A stretch of DNA of 64,000 nt, taken from contig JAOKHV010000006.1 in NCBI GenBank assembly GCA_028248455.1, forward strand, positions 6,476 to 70,475, in the 5' to 3' direction. The notes beneath the pieces are model-generated. The model was not told the DNA's origin, did not search any database, and worked only from the letters and a program-made list of their open reading frames with translations. Each line of letters begins with the position of its first letter. Position 1 is the stretch's first letter. The position numbers were made by a program, and so were the translations under genes. Source of the stretch: Ascidiaceihabitans sp. Lineage in GTDB: Bacteria > Pseudomonadota > Alphaproteobacteria > Rhodobacterales > Rhodobacteraceae. Below, piece after piece: positions 30,185 through 43,010 of the stretch.

Positions 30185-30787
30185 CTACTTCACCACCCTG
30201 AGAGTTAAATTAATTCGCCCACTCTTAGGAAGTAAGCTGGATGACCCAAAACGGATACGGTCGACGCCGTGATAGGCCAAGCGGGCCTTTCCACCCATTA
30301 CAACCACATCCCCCGATTGGAGCCAAACAGAGTCTGTCTTACCACCACGCTCAGTACCACCAACGCGCAACAGCCCCTCGTCTCCCAATGACACCGACAC
30401 AACTGGGAAATCGAAATTTGTCTCATCCCTGTCCTGATGGAGACCCATCTTGGCGTTTTGATCGTAGAAATTGACAAGACAACATTCGGGTTCGCGCTCG
30501 ACGCCTGAAACTAACTTCCAAATATTAAGAACCTCAATAGGAATCGCAGGCCAAGGCATACCATTGGGATGAACTCTGCGATATGCATAGCCCTGAGCAT
30601 CAGAATACCACCCAAACATGCCAGCCGATGTCATTTTAACGCTCATCGGCTTCCCATATGGTGTCATCGGTGGAAAAACAGGAGCTAATTTTGCGATATT
30701 ACGTACGGCCTCAAGCAGCACGGTTTGCTCCTTGAAATCCAGCAATCCCTTGTGAATTTCGAACCCACGTAACTTAAGAACCGACAT
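30185..30787 (-). CDS. alkB: AlkB 2-oxoglutarate-dependent DNA repair dioxygenase
   Basis: CLVNFY..MGLHQD, HGV, RINLTLR. Confidence 0.9.
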   Translation of the reverse strand: MSVLKLRGFEIHKGLLDFKEQTVLLEAVRNIAKLAPVFPPMTPYGKPMSVKMTSAGMFGWYSDAQGYAYRRVHPNGMPWPAIPIEVLNIWKLVSGVEREPECCLVNFYDQNAKMGLHQDRDETNFDFPVVSVSLGDEGLLRVGGTERGGKTDSVWLQSGDVVVMGGKARLAYHGVDRIRFGSSSLLPKSGRINLTLRVVK

Positions 30788-30834
30788 AAGTACCTCATTA
30801 GGTAAAGATTCACGCAAATACCTACGCCACAATG

Positions 30835-30866
30835 GTTGCAGGGGGCATTTACCCTCCTTATATACA
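30835..30866 (+). promoter_or_regulatory. Probable sigma32 (RpoH) promoter of dnaK
   Basis: TTG...CCTTATAT resembling the alphaproteobacterial RpoH consensus upstream of dnaK. Confidence 0.5.
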
Positions 30867-30978
30867 CTCCGAACCGCGCAGAGCGACAGTTTTGCGTGAA
30901 ATCATTATCGGGGTAATGACGCCAAAAAGGGTCAACGCCTCGCCACATCGCCTTATGATATGAAAAGGGATCGAAAAT

Positions 30979-32895
30979 ATGGCCAAAGTAATTGGTATTG
31001 ACCTCGGAACGACCAACTCCTGTATTGCTATTATGGACGGCAGTCAGCCTCGCGTTATCGAAAACGCTGAAGGCGCACGCACAACGCCCTCAATCGTAGC
31101 CTTCACCGATAACGAGCGTCTTGTAGGTCAGCCCGCAAAACGCCAAGCAGTGACAAACCCAGAAAACACAATTTTTGGCGTTAAGCGTCTTGTAGGTCGT
31201 CGCAATGACGACGCGCACTTGGCCAAGGACAAAAAGAACCTTCCGTTCAACGTCATCGATGGCGGCAACGGCGACGCATGGGTTGAAGCCAAAGGCGAAA
31301 AGTATTCACCTTCCCAAATCTCTGCCTTCATTTTAGGCAAGATGAAAGAAACCGCTGAATCATACCTTGGCGAGGAAGTGACCCAAGCGGTTATTACTGT
31401 TCCTGCGTATTTCAACGATGCACAGCGTCAAGCAACTAAAGACGCCGGCAAAATTGCTGGCCTTGAAGTGCTTCGCATTATTAACGAGCCAACAGCAGCT
31501 GCGCTGGCATACGGCTTGGACAAAAAAGAAACGCAAACCATCGCTGTCTACGACCTTGGCGGCGGTACATTCGATGTAACCATCCTGGAAATCGACGATG
31601 GCTTGTTCGAAGTTAAGTCCACAAACGGCGACACTTTCTTGGGCGGCGAAGACTTTGACATGCGCATCGTCAACTACCTTGCTGATGAGTTCGAAAAAGA
31701 ACACTCCGTCGACCTTAAGCAAGACAAGATGGCGTTACAGCGTCTAAAAGAAGCTGCTGAAAAAGCGAAAATCGAATTGTCTTCTGCGAACCAAACAGAA
31801 ATCAACCAACCGTTTATTTCTATGGGCTCCACTGGCCAGCCATTGCACATGGTAATGAAACTGACCCGTGCAAAACTGGAAAGCCTTGTTGGAGATCTGA
31901 TCAAAGCATCCATGAAACCATGCTCCGCTGCATTAAAAGACGCTGGCATCTCAGCATCTGACATCGACGAAGTCGTGTTGGTTGGCGGCATGACACGTAT
32001 GCCGCGCGTTATCGAAGAAGTGACCAAATTCTTCGGCAAAGAGCCACACAAAGGCGTTAACCCAGACGAAGTTGTTGCCATGGGTGCAGCAATTCAAGCT
32101 GGTGTTTTACAAGGCGACGTAAAAGACGTCGTTCTTTTGGACGTAACACCATTGTCTTTGGGTATCGAAACTTTGGGGGGCGTATTTACTCGTTTGATCG
32201 ATCGCAACACAACGATCCCAACGAAGAAATCACAAATCTTCTCAACAGCTGAAGACAACCAAAACGCTGTTACCATTCGCTGCTTCCAAGGCGAACGTGA
32301 AATGGCTGCGGACAACAAAATGTTGGGTGCTTTCAACCTTGAAAACATCCCACCAGCTCCACGCGGCTTGCCACAAATCGAAGTGACCTTTGACATCGAC
32401 GCCAACGGCATCGTGTCTGTGGGCGCCAAAGACAAAGGCACAGGCAAAGAGCAACAGATCACGATCCAAGCTTCTGGTGGTTTGTCAGACGCCGATATCG
32501 AGCAAATGGTTCAAGATGCAGAAGACAATGCTGAGTCCGATAAAGAGCGTAAAGAGCTGATCGAAGCGAAGAACCAAGCAGAGAGCTTAGTTCACTCTAC
32601 TGAGAAAGCAATGGAAGAGCACAAGGACAAAGTCGACCCAACTACTATCGAGGCGATTGAGTTGGCTATTGCTGCGCTGAACGACGATCTTGAAACTGAC
32701 AACGCTGGCAAGATCAAATCAGGCATCCAGAACGTAACTGAAGCGGCCATGAAGCTAGGTGAAGCAATCTACAAAGCGGCGGCTGCGGAAGAAAGCGGCG
32801 ACGACATGTCTGAACCAGCTGGTGCAGATGAAGGCGCGGATGACGATATCCTAGATGCTGAATTCGAAGATTTGGACGACGACAAGCGCAAATAA
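30979..32895 (+). CDS. dnaK: Chaperone DnaK
   Basis: [18 protein letters not shown], full-length Hsp70. Confidence 0.99.
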   Translation: MAKVIGIDLGTTNSCIAIMDGSQPRVIENAEGARTTPSIVAFTDNERLVGQPAKRQAVTNPENTIFGVKRLVGRRNDDAHLAKDKKNLPFNVIDGGNGDAWVEAKGEKYSPSQISAFILGKMKETAESYLGEEVTQAVITVPAYFNDAQRQATKDAGKIAGLEVLRIINEPTAAALAYGLDKKETQTIAVYDLGGGTFDVTILEIDDGLFEVKSTNGDTFLGGEDFDMRIVNYLADEFEKEHSVDLKQDKMALQRLKEAAEKAKIELSSANQTEINQPFISMGSTGQPLHMVMKLTRAKLESLVGDLIKASMKPCSAALKDAGISASDIDEVVLVGGMTRMPRVIEEVTKFFGKEPHKGVNPDEVVAMGAAIQAGVLQGDVKDVVLLDVTPLSLGIETLGGVFTRLIDRNTTIPTKKSQIFSTAEDNQNAVTIRCFQGEREMAADNKMLGAFNLENIPPAPRGLPQIEVTFDIDANGIVSVGAKDKGTGKEQQITIQASGGLSDADIEQMVQDAEDNAESDKERKELIEAKNQAESLVHSTEKAMEEHKDKVDPTTIEAIELAIAALNDDLETDNAGKIKSGIQNVTEAAMKLGEAIYKAAAAEESGDDMSEPAGADEGADDDILDAEFEDLDDDKRK

Positions 32896-32915
32896 GCGCC
32901 ACTCTGAACAGCGAC

Positions 32916-32946
32916 AGGGCCGGTCCGATTCATGGACCGGCCTTTG
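32916..32946 (+). terminator. dnaK-dnaJ intergenic hairpin
   Basis: ggccggtcc-gattcat-ggaccggcc followed by ttt. Confidence 0.6.
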
Positions 32947-32970
32947 ATGTTCCAAAGGGGACCCTAATCC

Positions 32971-34116
32971 ATGGCTAAACGTGATTATTATGATGTGCTT
33001 GGTATTGCCAAAGGCGCATCTGCGGACGAGATCAAAAAAGGCTATCGCAAGAAAGCCCGCGCGCTGCATCCCGACCACAACTCCGGCAACCCAAAAGCCG
33101 AAGACCAATTTAAAGAAGCGAACGAAGCTTACGAAGTCCTAAAGGACGGAGATAAGAAGGCTGCATATGATCGTTACGGACATGCCGCCTTTGAAGGCGG
33201 CATGGGCGGCGGTGGCGGACGTCAAGGTGGCGGCGGCCAAGGCGATTTTGGCAGCGCGTTCTCTGATGTATTCGATGACCTATTCGGCGACTTTACGGGA
33301 GGCCAACGTGGTGGCGGCGGGCGGCGTGCAGCACGCGGTGCTGACTTGCGTTACAATTTGCGCATCTCACTCGAAGACGCATTTTCTGGAATGCAAAAGA
33401 CTATCAATGTTCCAACTGCGCTCGCCTGTGACGGGTGCGAAGGTACGGGTGCTGAAGGTGGTGCTGAACCATCTACATGTCCAACATGTTCTGGCATGGG
33501 CAAAGTGCGTGCTCAGCAAGGGTTCTTTACTGTTGAACGCTCTTGCCCAACGTGCTCCGGCATGGGCCAGATTATTAACAACCCATGCAAGTCTTGTTCT
33601 GGCGCAGGCCGCGTCGAGAAAGACCGCTCACTTTCTGTAAACATCCCTGCTGGTGTAGAAACAGGTACACGTATTCGCCTATCAGGCGAAGGCGAAGCGG
33701 GCATGCGTGGCGGACCATCAGGTGATCTATATATCTTCATCGAAGTATCAGATCATAAACTGTTTGAGCGTGATGGCCTAAGCCTGTTTTGCCGCGTCCC
33801 TGTATCAATGAGCACCGCAGCCTTGGGTGGCAGCATCGAGGTGCCAACCATCGATGGTGGCCGTGGTCGCGTACAGATTCCTTCAGGCAGCCAAGCAGGC
33901 CGACAGATGCGCCTTCGTGGCAAAGGTATGCCAGCAATCCGTGGCAACAGTTCCGGCGATATGTTTATCGAATTGGCTGTGGAAACACCTGTAAATCTGA
34001 CAACGCGTCAAAAAGAGATCCTAAAGGAATTCGACGAGCTATCCTCAGAGAACAATCCTGAAAGCAGCAGCTTTTTCTCTTCCGTCAAATCCTTCTGGGA
34101 TACGATGAAAGGTTAA
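32971..34116 (+). CDS. dnaJ: Chaperone DnaJ
   Basis: HPD motif, G/F region, four CxxCxGxG repeats. Confidence 0.98.
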   Translation: MAKRDYYDVLGIAKGASADEIKKGYRKKARALHPDHNSGNPKAEDQFKEANEAYEVLKDGDKKAAYDRYGHAAFEGGMGGGGGRQGGGGQGDFGSAFSDVFDDLFGDFTGGQRGGGGRRAARGADLRYNLRISLEDAFSGMQKTINVPTALACDGCEGTGAEGGAEPSTCPTCSGMGKVRAQQGFFTVERSCPTCSGMGQIINNPCKSCSGAGRVEKDRSLSVNIPAGVETGTRIRLSGEGEAGMRGGPSGDLYIFIEVSDHKLFERDGLSLFCRVPVSMSTAALGGSIEVPTIDGGRGRVQIPSGSQAGRQMRLRGKGMPAIRGNSSGDMFIELAVETPVNLTTRQKEILKEFDELSSENNPESSSFFSSVKSFWDTMKG

Positions 34117-34158
34117 GGTTTAGGGCGGGACTATTCCCGTCCTAAACCATTATTTTTG
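34117..34158 (+). terminator. Rho-independent terminator after dnaJ
   Basis: ggtttagggcggga-ctat-tcccgtcctaaacc followed by a T-rich tract. Confidence 0.75.
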
Positions 34159-34448
34159 CAACGGGTTAACCATCCGGTGATTACCGTTGCAAACCTTCGG
34201 GCATGACATACGCATCCTCACCAACTCCGCTATAACGCTGCTCGGCAGCATCGCCGGTTTGCATGAAAAACCGATGCCAACGGCATACGCTAGCGTACCC
34301 GCTACGGTCACCATTTCTATAGTTTCTACCATAATCCTGTACCTCTATCGGTTTCGGTCAGGATCTTTGTAGAGAGGGAAAGCGTCCGTGGCTGGCCAAA
34401 GTTATGGCCAGCTCTAGGATTCATTACGTCAGAATAAAGGCGCTGCCT

Positions 34449-37145
34449 TTAGCTCACACGTCCGTGACAGTGCTTGAACTTGTCACCTGAACCACAAGGG
34501 CAGTTGCCGTTGCGGCTTGGGTTGCCCCAGGTTCCGCTGTCTTCTGGATCAAACCCAGCAGCAACTGCTTCGGCTGTTGGTTCTGGCAAACCGGGTTTAG
34601 CTATCGTCTGAACCTGGACCTGCTGCGTTGCGGTTTGTTCCACCATAGCACGCTGTTCTTCCTCAGTAATTGGACGAATTTGAGACAGCTTTTGCGTCAC
34701 ATCTTCACGTAAGCTATCAAGCATACTTTCGAACAACTGGAACGCTTCGTTCTTATATTCGTTCAATGGATCCCGCTGTGCATAGCCGCGGAAACCAACA
34801 ACAGAGCGAAGATGTTCTAGCGTCAAAAGGTGTTCACGCCATTTGCCATCAATCGATTGAAGCAACAGTTGCTTTTCAATCAAGCGCATTGTTTCAGGAC
34901 CAAATGCTTCTGCTTTTGCAGACATCTGCTCATCGGTTACAGCCAACAAACGTTCGCTAATCTGCTCGTCATCGACACCCTCTTCTGAACACCACGCCAT
35001 CACAGGCGCATCAACGCCAAGGCGTTCAATAACGGCCGCATAAAGACCTTCGGTGTTCCACTGATCTGCATAAGAATTGGGAGGCATAAATTCATAGATC
35101 AAATCTTCGATCACTTCCGACCGCATATCTGTTGTTATCTCAGAAAGGTCAGTTGCCTCCATGATTTCGCGACGTTGACCAAACACAACCTTGCGCTGAT
35201 CGTTCATCACGTCATCAAATTTCAACAACTGCTTACGAATGTCAAAGTTACGACCCTCAACCTTGGCTTGGGCACGTTCCAGTGACTTATTGACCCATGG
35301 GTGGACGATAGCCTCGCCTTCTTCCAATCCAAGCGTTGTAAGAACTTTTTCCAAACGGTCAGAACCGAAAATGCGCATCAGGTCGTCTTCAAGGCTAAGA
35401 TAAAAAGAGGTGCGGCCCGGATCACCCTGACGGCCAGAACGACCACGCAATTGGTTATCAATGCGGCGACTTTCGTGACGCTCAGATGCCATAACAAACA
35501 GGCCACCAGCCTCGATGACTTTCTTCTTCTCATCCGCCTGCTCTTCTTCGACCTTGGTGCGGATCATTTCAGGATCAGTCTCAGGATCAGCTTTAAGTGC
35601 AGCTTGGACGATTAATTCGACGTTGCCCCCCAATTGAATATCTGTACCACGACCCGCCATGTTGGTTGCGATGGTCACCGCACCCAATTTACCAGCATCA
35701 GCAATGATCTGCGCTTCTTGCTCATGCAATCGGGCGTTCAAAACATTGTGCGTAATGCCCTGAGCAGTCAATGCTTGGCTAAACATCTCAGATTTATCGA
35801 TAGAAGTTGTACCCACCAGAACCGGCTGGTTCTTGGCGTTTGCTTCTTTGATCTCTTTGATCATCGCTTCGTATTTTTCACGCTGCGTGCGGTACACACG
35901 GTCGTCTTCGTCAACACGTGCTATGCTGCGATTGGTTGGTACTTCAACCACACCCAAACCGTAGATTTCGGAAAATTCTTCTGCTTCAGTCGTCGCGGTA
36001 CCTGTCATGCCAGAAAGCGTGCTGTACAGACGGAAGTAGTTTTGGAATGTCACAGACGCCAAGGTCACATTCTCAGGCTTAATGTCTACTTTTTCCTTAG
36101 CTTCAATCGCTTGGTGCAGACCATCAGACAAACGACGGCCAGACATCATTCGACCTGTAAATTCGTCGATCAGTACGATTTCATCGTCACGCACAATGTA
36201 ATCTTTGTCGCGTTGGAACAACTTGTGCGCACGCAAACCTTGGTTGATGTGGTGAACCAAGCTAGTGCTTTCTGGATCATAAAGCGTAGCATCAGCTTCC
36301 AGCAAACCACGGGCGCACAACTGTTCTTCAAGGAACTCGTTTCCCTCATCAGTAAAGGACACGTTGCGGGATTTTTCATCCAGTTCAAAATGGTCGTCAG
36401 TTAACGATGGAATCACGCCATCGATCGTGATGTACATTTCAGAGCGGTCATCTGAAGGGCCAGAAATAATCAGCGGAGTACGGGCTTCATCTATTAAAAT
36501 GCTATCGACTTCATCCACGATCGCGAAGTTGTGTTCTTTTTGATAAATCTGGTTTAGCTCAGATTTCATATTATCGCGTAGATAGTCAAAACCGAGTTCG
36601 TTGTTTGTAGCGTATGTAATGTCGGAGTTATACGCAGCTTGCTTATCTTCATGGGTCGCATCGCTGACAGCTACGCCAGTTGTTAGGCCAAGCGCTGTGA
36701 ATACTTTACTCATCCATTCAGCGTCACGTTTTGCAAGGTATTCGTTCACGGTGACTACATGTACACCTTTACCTGTCAATCCGTTCAAATAAGCAGGGAA
36801 CGTCGCAACAAGGGTTTTACCCTCTCCCGTCTTCATTTCAGAGATGTTGCCTTGGTGTAGGAATATCCCACCCAACAACTGCACATCAAAGGCGCGAAGG
36901 CCCAATGCGCGCTTAGCGGCTTCACGACAGTTGGCAAATACCTCTGGCAGCAGATCATCCAAGCTTTCGCCATTGTTGGCGCGCTCCGCAAATTCGCGGG
37001 TCTTGGCGATCAATTCTTCGTCACTCAGGGCCTCGAACTCAGGTTCAAGTGCATTGATCTTTTCCACCAACGGACGGGCCGCTTTTACTTTGCGATCATT
37101 AGCAGATCCAAAGATCTTTTTCGTGAGTGTTCCGAAACCTAGCAT
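34449..37145 (-). CDS. secA: Preprotein translocase SecA
   Basis: [24 protein letters not shown]-terminal CPCGSG.KFKHCH. Confidence 0.98.
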   Translation of the reverse strand: MLGFGTLTKKIFGSANDRKVKAARPLVEKINALEPEFEALSDEELIAKTREFAERANNGESLDDLLPEVFANCREAAKRALGLRAFDVQLLGGIFLHQGNISEMKTGEGKTLVATFPAYLNGLTGKGVHVVTVNEYLAKRDAEWMSKVFTALGLTTGVAVSDATHEDKQAAYNSDITYATNNELGFDYLRDNMKSELNQIYQKEHNFAIVDEVDSILIDEARTPLIISGPSDDRSEMYITIDGVIPSLTDDHFELDEKSRNVSFTDEGNEFLEEQLCARGLLEADATLYDPESTSLVHHINQGLRAHKLFQRDKDYIVRDDEIVLIDEFTGRMMSGRRLSDGLHQAIEAKEKVDIKPENVTLASVTFQNYFRLYSTLSGMTGTATTEAEEFSEIYGLGVVEVPTNRSIARVDEDDRVYRTQREKYEAMIKEIKEANAKNQPVLVGTTSIDKSEMFSQALTAQGITHNVLNARLHEQEAQIIADAGKLGAVTIATNMAGRGTDIQLGGNVELIVQAALKADPETDPEMIRTKVEEEQADEKKKVIEAGGLFVMASERHESRRIDNQLRGRSGRQGDPGRTSFYLSLEDDLMRIFGSDRLEKVLTTLGLEEGEAIVHPWVNKSLERAQAKVEGRNFDIRKQLLKFDDVMNDQRKVVFGQRREIMEATDLSEITTDMRSEVIEDLIYEFMPPNSYADQWNTEGLYAAVIERLGVDAPVMAWCSEEGVDDEQISERLLAVTDEQMSAKAEAFGPETMRLIEKQLLLQSIDGKWREHLLTLEHLRSVVGFRGYAQRDPLNEYKNEAFQLFESMLDSLREDVTQKLSQIRPITEEEQRAMVEQTATQQVQVQTIAKPGLPEPTAEAVAAGFDPEDSGTWGNPSRNGNCPCGSGDKFKHCHGRVS

Positions 37146-37317
37146 TAAGTACTCCAGCCGTGGTGTGTTGTGTTTCGCAGCAAGCGCTTGCCCGACCCGC
37201 GTACAGTCCATAGATACAAGTTAGGATAGTCCCAACCATGCCCATAGCGGATGTAAGGGGCACATCAAACAGTGTCAATGTTACGCCCAGTCGTGACCAT
37301 AATCATAGGACTATACA

Positions 37318-38157
37318 ATGCAAAAACGTCTCAACTTTGTAGCCGCACTTGGCCTTGCCGTAACTTTCGCAATGCCTGTGCAGGCTCAGGACGCAAACAC
37401 GGTCGTTGCTACCGTGAATGGGAAATCCATCACCCTAGGTCACATGATCGTCGCACGCTCTATTTTGCCGGAACAATATCAACAACTGCCGAACGAAGTC
37501 CTGTTTGAAGGCATTCTAAAACAACTGGTCGAGCAAACTCTGTTAGCCAATAGTTTTGAAGGTACATTGCCAAAGCGAATTCCGATTTCTTTGGAAAACG
37601 AGCAACGCTCTTTGATCGCTGGCGAAACGCTGGAAGCATTGCTGTCCCAGGCGCTAAGCGAAGACACAATCAAAGCGGCTTATGATGCGCAGTACGCTGA
37701 TGCAGAGCCTGCAAAAGAATACAACGCCTCTCACATTTTGGTTGAGACAGAAGAAGAGGCATTTGCAATTCAAGCTGATGTCGATGGCGGAGCAGACTTT
37801 GCAACAATCGCCAAAGAAAAGTCGACAGGTCCTTCAGGTTCAAACGGTGGCTCCCTTGGTTGGTTTGGCAAAGGCGCAATGGTTCCCAGCTTTGAAGCTA
37901 CGGTTGTTGGTTTAGACGTTGGGGCTGTTTCAGCACCTGTTCAAACTCAGTTTGGCTGGCACGTTATAATCCTGAATGAAACGCGCAACACCAGCGCGCC
38001 GGAACTTGGTGTAGTTCGTGCTGGGATCGAAGATACCCTTCGCAAAGAAGCCGTCACAACAAGAATTCAAGAACTGCGCGAAGCCGCAACAATTGACCAA
38101 AGCGGCGCAACGGGCATCGACACTTCCATCTTGTTTGACCTTAGCATCGTTGAATAA
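37318..38157 (+). CDS. Parvulin-type peptidyl-prolyl isomerase
   Basis: Signal peptide, ASHILV, GG.LGWF, TQFGWHVI. Confidence 0.9.
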   Translation: MQKRLNFVAALGLAVTFAMPVQAQDANTVVATVNGKSITLGHMIVARSILPEQYQQLPNEVLFEGILKQLVEQTLLANSFEGTLPKRIPISLENEQRSLIAGETLEALLSQALSEDTIKAAYDAQYADAEPAKEYNASHILVETEEEAFAIQADVDGGADFATIAKEKSTGPSGSNGGSLGWFGKGAMVPSFEATVVGLDVGAVSAPVQTQFGWHVIILNETRNTSAPELGVVRAGIEDTLRKEAVTTRIQELREAATIDQSGATGIDTSILFDLSIVE

Positions 38158-38162
38158 TCTGA

Positions 38163-39389
38163 ATGGCCAATACTATGCAAAAATCTCCTCTCGCACCTGC
38201 GTGTTTTCCTAAACTGCCTATCGTAGACGGCGTAACCTTTGCAACGATTGCTGCAGGGGTTCGCTATTCAGGACGAACAGATGTGATGCTGGCAAAACTG
38301 ATCACAGGCACTTCCATTGCAGGAGTGTTCACAAAATCAACCACTCGCGCAGCGCCTGTTCTGGATTGTCAGGCAAAGCTTGGTGGCGATAGCACAACAC
38401 CGGCTGCAATTCTTGTAAACTCCGGTAATGCCAATGCCTTCACTGGCAAGAACGGTCAAACGTCAGTCACAGCGATCTGTGATGCTGTGGCGGATGCCTG
38501 CGATGTTCCAGTGAATCGCGTCTTCACCTCTTCGACAGGCGTAATCGGTGAACCACTCGCTCATGATCGGATCATCGAGAACCTGGAGACCTTGAACAAC
38601 ACTCAAAGTGTTGACGACGTAGAAGCTGCTGCCAACGCGATCATGACAACCGACACTTATGCAAAGGGCTCGGCGAAAAATGTACAAATTGACGGTCAAT
38701 CTGTGCAGATCGTTGGAATTGCAAAAGGGTCAGGCATGATCGCACCAGATATGGCAACCATGTTGGTCTACATCTTCACTGACGCTGTATTTGAGCAAAC
38801 TGCGTTACAACAATTGGTGTCGGACACCTCAGATCGAACATTCAACTGCATCACAGTTGATAGCGACACGTCGACATCAGATTCATTATTGATGGCGGCC
38901 ACTGGTGCATCAGGCGTGAATGCACAAGACAACGTCGATTTTACAGCCGCGCTGCACAAATTGATGCTCGATCTGTCGCAACAAGTGGTTCGTGATGGCG
39001 AGGGGGCTACTAAACTGGTTGAGATTACCTTAACGGGTGCAGTCGATGATAGCGTTGCACGCATCCACGCGATGGCCATTGCAAATTCACCTTTGGTCAA
39101 GACAGCCATAGCCGGCGAAGACCCAAATTGGGGTCGGATCGTAATGGCAATTGGTAAATCGGGCGCACCCGCAGATCGTGACCTTATCTCCATCTCATTC
39201 GGGGATGTGAATGTCGCGACGGAAGGTTGGGTGAACCCAAATTATGTTGAAGCAGATGCAGCGGCACTAATGAAAAAGCAAGAGATCGAGATAACCGTTG
39301 ATCTAGGAATGGGCACAGGAACGGCAACGGTTTGGACCTGCGATTTGACCCACGGTTATATCGAGATCAACGCGGATTACCGTTCATGA
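38163..39389 (+). CDS. argJ: Bifunctional ornithine acetyltransferase/N-acetylglutamate synthase
   Basis: NSGNANA, KGSGMIAPDMATML, DGEGATK, DPNWGR. Confidence 0.96.
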   Translation: MANTMQKSPLAPACFPKLPIVDGVTFATIAAGVRYSGRTDVMLAKLITGTSIAGVFTKSTTRAAPVLDCQAKLGGDSTTPAAILVNSGNANAFTGKNGQTSVTAICDAVADACDVPVNRVFTSSTGVIGEPLAHDRIIENLETLNNTQSVDDVEAAANAIMTTDTYAKGSAKNVQIDGQSVQIVGIAKGSGMIAPDMATMLVYIFTDAVFEQTALQQLVSDTSDRTFNCITVDSDTSTSDSLLMAATGASGVNAQDNVDFTAALHKLMLDLSQQVVRDGEGATKLVEITLTGAVDDSVARIHAMAIANSPLVKTAIAGEDPNWGRIVMAIGKSGAPADRDLISISFGDVNVATEGWVNPNYVEADAAALMKKQEIEITVDLGMGTGTATVWTCDLTHGYIEINADYRS

Positions 39390-39784
39390 AGGTCGTTCTG
39401 GTTTCAGCCGTAGCCCTCATAGACGTTGATGGACGAGTCTTGTTGGGTCAACGGCCCGAAGGTAAATCCATGGCTGGATTATGGGAATTTCCGGGCGGGA
39501 AGGTCGAAGCGGGCGAGACGCCTGAGGTCGCTCTGGTCCGTGAGTTGGAAGAAGAGCTGGGAATCAACACCTGGGAAAGCTGCCTCGCGCCGCTAACCTT
39601 TGCCAGCCACAGCTACGATGATTTTCACCTACTGATGACTTTGTTTGCCTGCCGTAAGTGGGAAGGCACACCGATCTCGCGCGAAAACCAAGCGTTAAAG
39701 TGGGTCCGACCTAATGAGTTGCGCAACTACCCAATGCCAGCAGCCGATGTACCACTGATCCCAATTCTGCGCGACTGGCTTTAA
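39386..39784 (+). CDS. mutT: 8-oxo-dGTP diphosphatase
   Basis: Nudix box WEFPGGKVEAGE...RELEEELG; position after argJ. Confidence 0.9.
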   Translation: MKVVLVSAVALIDVDGRVLLGQRPEGKSMAGLWEFPGGKVEAGETPEVALVRELEEELGINTWESCLAPLTFASHSYDDFHLLMTLFACRKWEGTPISRENQALKWVRPNELRNYPMPAADVPLIPILRDWL

Positions 39785-39802
39785 GCAAACTGTAAAACAA
39801 CG

Positions 39803-39834
39803 AAAAAGGGGAAGGCTGTCGCCTTCCCCTTTTC
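39803..39834. terminator. Bidirectional terminator between convergent mutT and infB
   Basis: aaaaggggaaggc-tgtc-gccttcccctttt. Confidence 0.85.
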
Positions 39835-39856
39835 TATTTTCATGACACCAACTGTC

Positions 39857-42343
39857 TTAGTCGAGTGTACGCGTGATCTCTTCACGTTCAAAGATTTCGA
39901 TAACGTCATCGGCACGGATGTCTTCATAGCGTTCGAAGGCCATACCACATTCGTAACCAGATTTAACGTCAGCCACTTCATCTTTGAAGCGCTTGAGGGT
40001 CTTAAGTGTACCTTCGTGGATAACCACGTTGTCACGTAGCAAGCGAACACCTGCTGAACGACGAGCAACACCTTCAGTAACCATACAACCAGCAACTTTG
40101 CCGACGCCAGTAACCTTGAACACCTCTTTAATGGTTGCATAACCAATGAAGTTCTCACGAATTTCCGCACTCAACAGACCGGAAGCAGCCGCTTTGACGT
40201 CATCCACAAGGTCATAGATGACCGAATAGTAACGAATTTCAACGCCCTTTTGGTGAGCCGTGTTACGTGCCGAAGCATTCGCACGGACATTAAAGCCGAT
40301 AACCGGTGCATTAGATGCTTCAGCCAAGCTGATGTCAGTTTCAGTAATCGCACCAACACCTGAGTGCAGGATACGAACACGAACTTCGTCATTGCCAATT
40401 TTTTCCATCGCTTGAACGATTGCTTCAGCAGAACCCTGAACATCGGCTTTTACCAAGATTGGCAATTCGCTAACGCTCTCGTTCGCTTTGGCATTCGCCA
40501 TCAATTGTTCCAGCGTCGTAGCTGCACCAGCTGTTGCACGTTTATCTTTAGCCGCTTTTTGGCGATATTCCGCAATCTCACGTGCTTGCGCATCGGTTTC
40601 GGTCACGTTCAAAACATCACCAGCGGATGGCGTACCGTTCAGTCCCAAGACCTCAACAGGCATAGATGGGCCAGCCTCTTTGATGCGTTCGCCTTTGTCG
40701 TTGATCAGCGCGCGGACCTTACCGTACTTCTCACCCACAACAAAAATATCACCAGTACGCAATGTACCTGCTTGGATAAGAACCGTGGCAACTGGGCCGC
40801 GACCTACATCAAGCTTCGCTTCGATCACAGCACCTTGGGCGGCGCGATCTGGGTTAGCTTTCAGTTCCAATATCTCTGACTGCAACGCGATAGCTTCAAG
40901 AAGCTTATCAAGGCCCTGTCCCGTTTGAGCAGAAACTTCAACGTCCTGAACATCACCAGACATCGCTTCCACGATAACTTCGTGCTGTAGCAAATCGGTG
41001 CGCACTTTTTGCGGGTTAGCTTCGTGCTTGTCGATTTTGTTGATCGCAACAATCATCGGAACGTTTGCCGCTTTAGCGTGGGCAATCGCTTCAATTGTTT
41101 GTGGCATAACGGCGTCATCCGCCGCGACAACTAGAACAACAATGTCAGTAACCTGTGCACCACGTGAACGCATAGACGTAAACGCCGCGTGACCCGGTGT
41201 GTCGAGGAACGTCAGCAATGTGCCGCCTTCAGTTTTGACCTGATAGGCGCCAATGTGCTGCGTAATGCCGCCGGCTTCGCCAGAAACAACTTTTGCACCG
41301 CGAAGTGCGTCCAACAATGATGTCTTACCGTGGTCAACGTGGCCCATGATCGTAACGACCGGTGCACGTGATTGCAGGCTTGCTTCGTCGTCTTCAACCA
41401 CATTGATCACGTCTTCGACGTCCGCGTCAGAAACGCGGTTCACTGTGTGGCCAAATTCTTCGATGATCAGTTCGGCTGTATCAGCGTCGATGGTTTCGTT
41501 TTGTGTAACCATCATGCCCATAGTCATGAGTGATTTGACAACGTCACCAACACGCTCGGTCATACGCGCTGCCAACTCAGAAACCACGATGGCTTCTGGA
41601 AGGTTCACAGTACGCAATACCTTTTCGCGCTCGACTGTGCCGCCCATCGCTTTTTGACGCGCACGCTCCTGCTTGCGCTTCATAGAAGCCATGGAACGAT
41701 GACGACCAGCGCCACCAGTCAATGCTTGGTTCAATGTTAGCTTGCCGCCACGGCGACCATCGTCGCGGGCTGTCTTGGGGCGTGCCTGAGCTTCACGCTC
41801 GTTCTTGCGCGGCGTCGCGGCAGGCAATGGACCACCACGATTTGGCGCAGCACGAGCAGATGCAGGCGCTGCAGCTGTTTTAGCAGCAGGTGCTGCAGCA
41901 GCTTGAGCCGCAGCCTCAGCTTCTTTAGCTTTGCGCACTTCTTCTTCAGCTTTCGCTTTCAAGTTTTCGGCGCGTGCTTTTTCTTCTGCCTCTTTGGCGT
42001 CGATCTCTGCACGGCGACGTTCACGCTCTTCAGCACGGGATTTTTCCTCAGCTTCGCGTGCGGCTTGATCCTCGACTTCACGTGCCTTGGCAGCTTGAAC
42101 AGCTTTGAGGCGACGCTCCATCTGCGCATCAGAGATGCCTGCAGGCCGCTTAGAAGGAGAGCTCACACCAAGTGGTGCAACCGCACCAGCTTTGTTCGCG
42201 GCACCCGGCTTGGGAACCACAACGCGTTTGCGCTTTGTTTCTACAACGACGTTTTTAGTCCGTCCATGGCTGAAACTTTGTTTCACATTCCCTGGACGTG
42301 CGCCGCTCAGACCTAATGTCTTCTTACCGTCAGTATCGCTCAT
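39857..42343 (-). CDS. infB: Translation initiation factor IF-2
   Basis: [21 protein letters not shown]. Confidence 0.98.
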   Translation of the reverse strand: MSDTDGKKTLGLSGARPGNVKQSFSHGRTKNVVVETKRKRVVVPKPGAANKAGAVAPLGVSSPSKRPAGISDAQMERRLKAVQAAKAREVEDQAAREAEEKSRAEERERRRAEIDAKEAEEKARAENLKAKAEEEVRKAKEAEAAAQAAAAPAAKTAAAPASARAAPNRGGPLPAATPRKNEREAQARPKTARDDGRRGGKLTLNQALTGGAGRHRSMASMKRKQERARQKAMGGTVEREKVLRTVNLPEAIVVSELAARMTERVGDVVKSLMTMGMMVTQNETIDADTAELIIEEFGHTVNRVSDADVEDVINVVEDDEASLQSRAPVVTIMGHVDHGKTSLLDALRGAKVVSGEAGGITQHIGAYQVKTEGGTLLTFLDTPGHAAFTSMRSRGAQVTDIVVLVVAADDAVMPQTIEAIAHAKAANVPMIVAINKIDKHEANPQKVRTDLLQHEVIVEAMSGDVQDVEVSAQTGQGLDKLLEAIALQSEILELKANPDRAAQGAVIEAKLDVGRGPVATVLIQAGTLRTGDIFVVGEKYGKVRALINDKGERIKEAGPSMPVEVLGLNGTPSAGDVLNVTETDAQAREIAEYRQKAAKDKRATAGAATTLEQLMANAKANESVSELPILVKADVQGSAEAIVQAMEKIGNDEVRVRILHSGVGAITETDISLAEASNAPVIGFNVRANASARNTAHQKGVEIRYYSVIYDLVDDVKAAASGLLSAEIRENFIGYATIKEVFKVTGVGKVAGCMVTEGVARRSAGVRLLRDNVVIHEGTLKTLKRFKDEVADVKSGYECGMAFERYEDIRADDVIEIFEREEITRTLD

Positions 42344-42352
42344 AAAGCTCGT

Positions 42353-42988
42353 CTATCCTTTCAGATCAACAGGGTCTTCGACCTTGTCATCTATACTTGC
42401 GCGTCGAACGCCCCGTAACCGTTGGGCTTCCTCTACAACACGTTTGGTCAGTCCGCCAGAGGCGAGCGCCCCATGGATCACGATTTGACGCCCGAACGCC
42501 AAACCTAATTCTTCCGACGTAAGCCAGCCAATGTAACTGCCATAGTGCGGTGTACTTAATTTCGACTTGCCTCGACCAGACCCATCGACGGCCTGAAACA
42601 AGACTTGTGCTTCTTCCGATTGAAGCCACGACTTGGTCTTTTCATACCCAGCCACAGCCGAACCGGCCTTGCGCGACATTGCAATCAAATCGACCACTTT
42701 GCGCGCCAATTGCTTTTCGACCTCGTCTGCCAAATCTTCAGGTATAGTAACCTGTTGTTTGGCACCGCGTGAAAACAATTTTTTACTAACAGCCATTTCT
42801 AGCGCATCACGATCCGCAGCCACGTATACACCACGTCCCGGCAATTTACCCGAAATATCCGGGTAAATAACATCTTCCGGCCCCACGACGAAGCGGATCA
42901 ACCCAAACTTAGGTTGCACTTCACCCGTGACAATGCACTTGCGATCTGGACCGTCTTCCCAGTCCTTTGTGACGCCGCCGCGACCCAT
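42353..42988 (-). CDS. YlxR/DUF448 RNA-binding protein
   Basis: RKCIVT, KLPGRG; located between nusA and infB. Confidence 0.88.
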   Translation of the reverse strand: MGRGGVTKDWEDGPDRKCIVTGEVQPKFGLIRFVVGPEDVIYPDISGKLPGRGVYVAADRDALEMAVSKKLFSRGAKQQVTIPEDLADEVEKQLARKVVDLIAMSRKAGSAVAGYEKTKSWLQSEEAQVLFQAVDGSGRGKSKLSTPHYGSYIGWLTSEELGLAFGRQIVIHGALASGGLTKRVVEEAQRLRGVRRASIDDKVEDPVDLKG

Positions 42989-43010
42989 CAGGAAACTCCG
43001 AAGCCTGCGA

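Noticed and set aside
34150-34440. Short ORFs between dnaJ and secA
   Set aside because: No recognisable domain or RBS; possibly a remnant, but not supportable.
35634-36404. Long antisense ORFs over secA, infB, dnaK and others
   Set aside because: Shadow frames of highly expressed, codon-biased genes, with no recognisable motifs.
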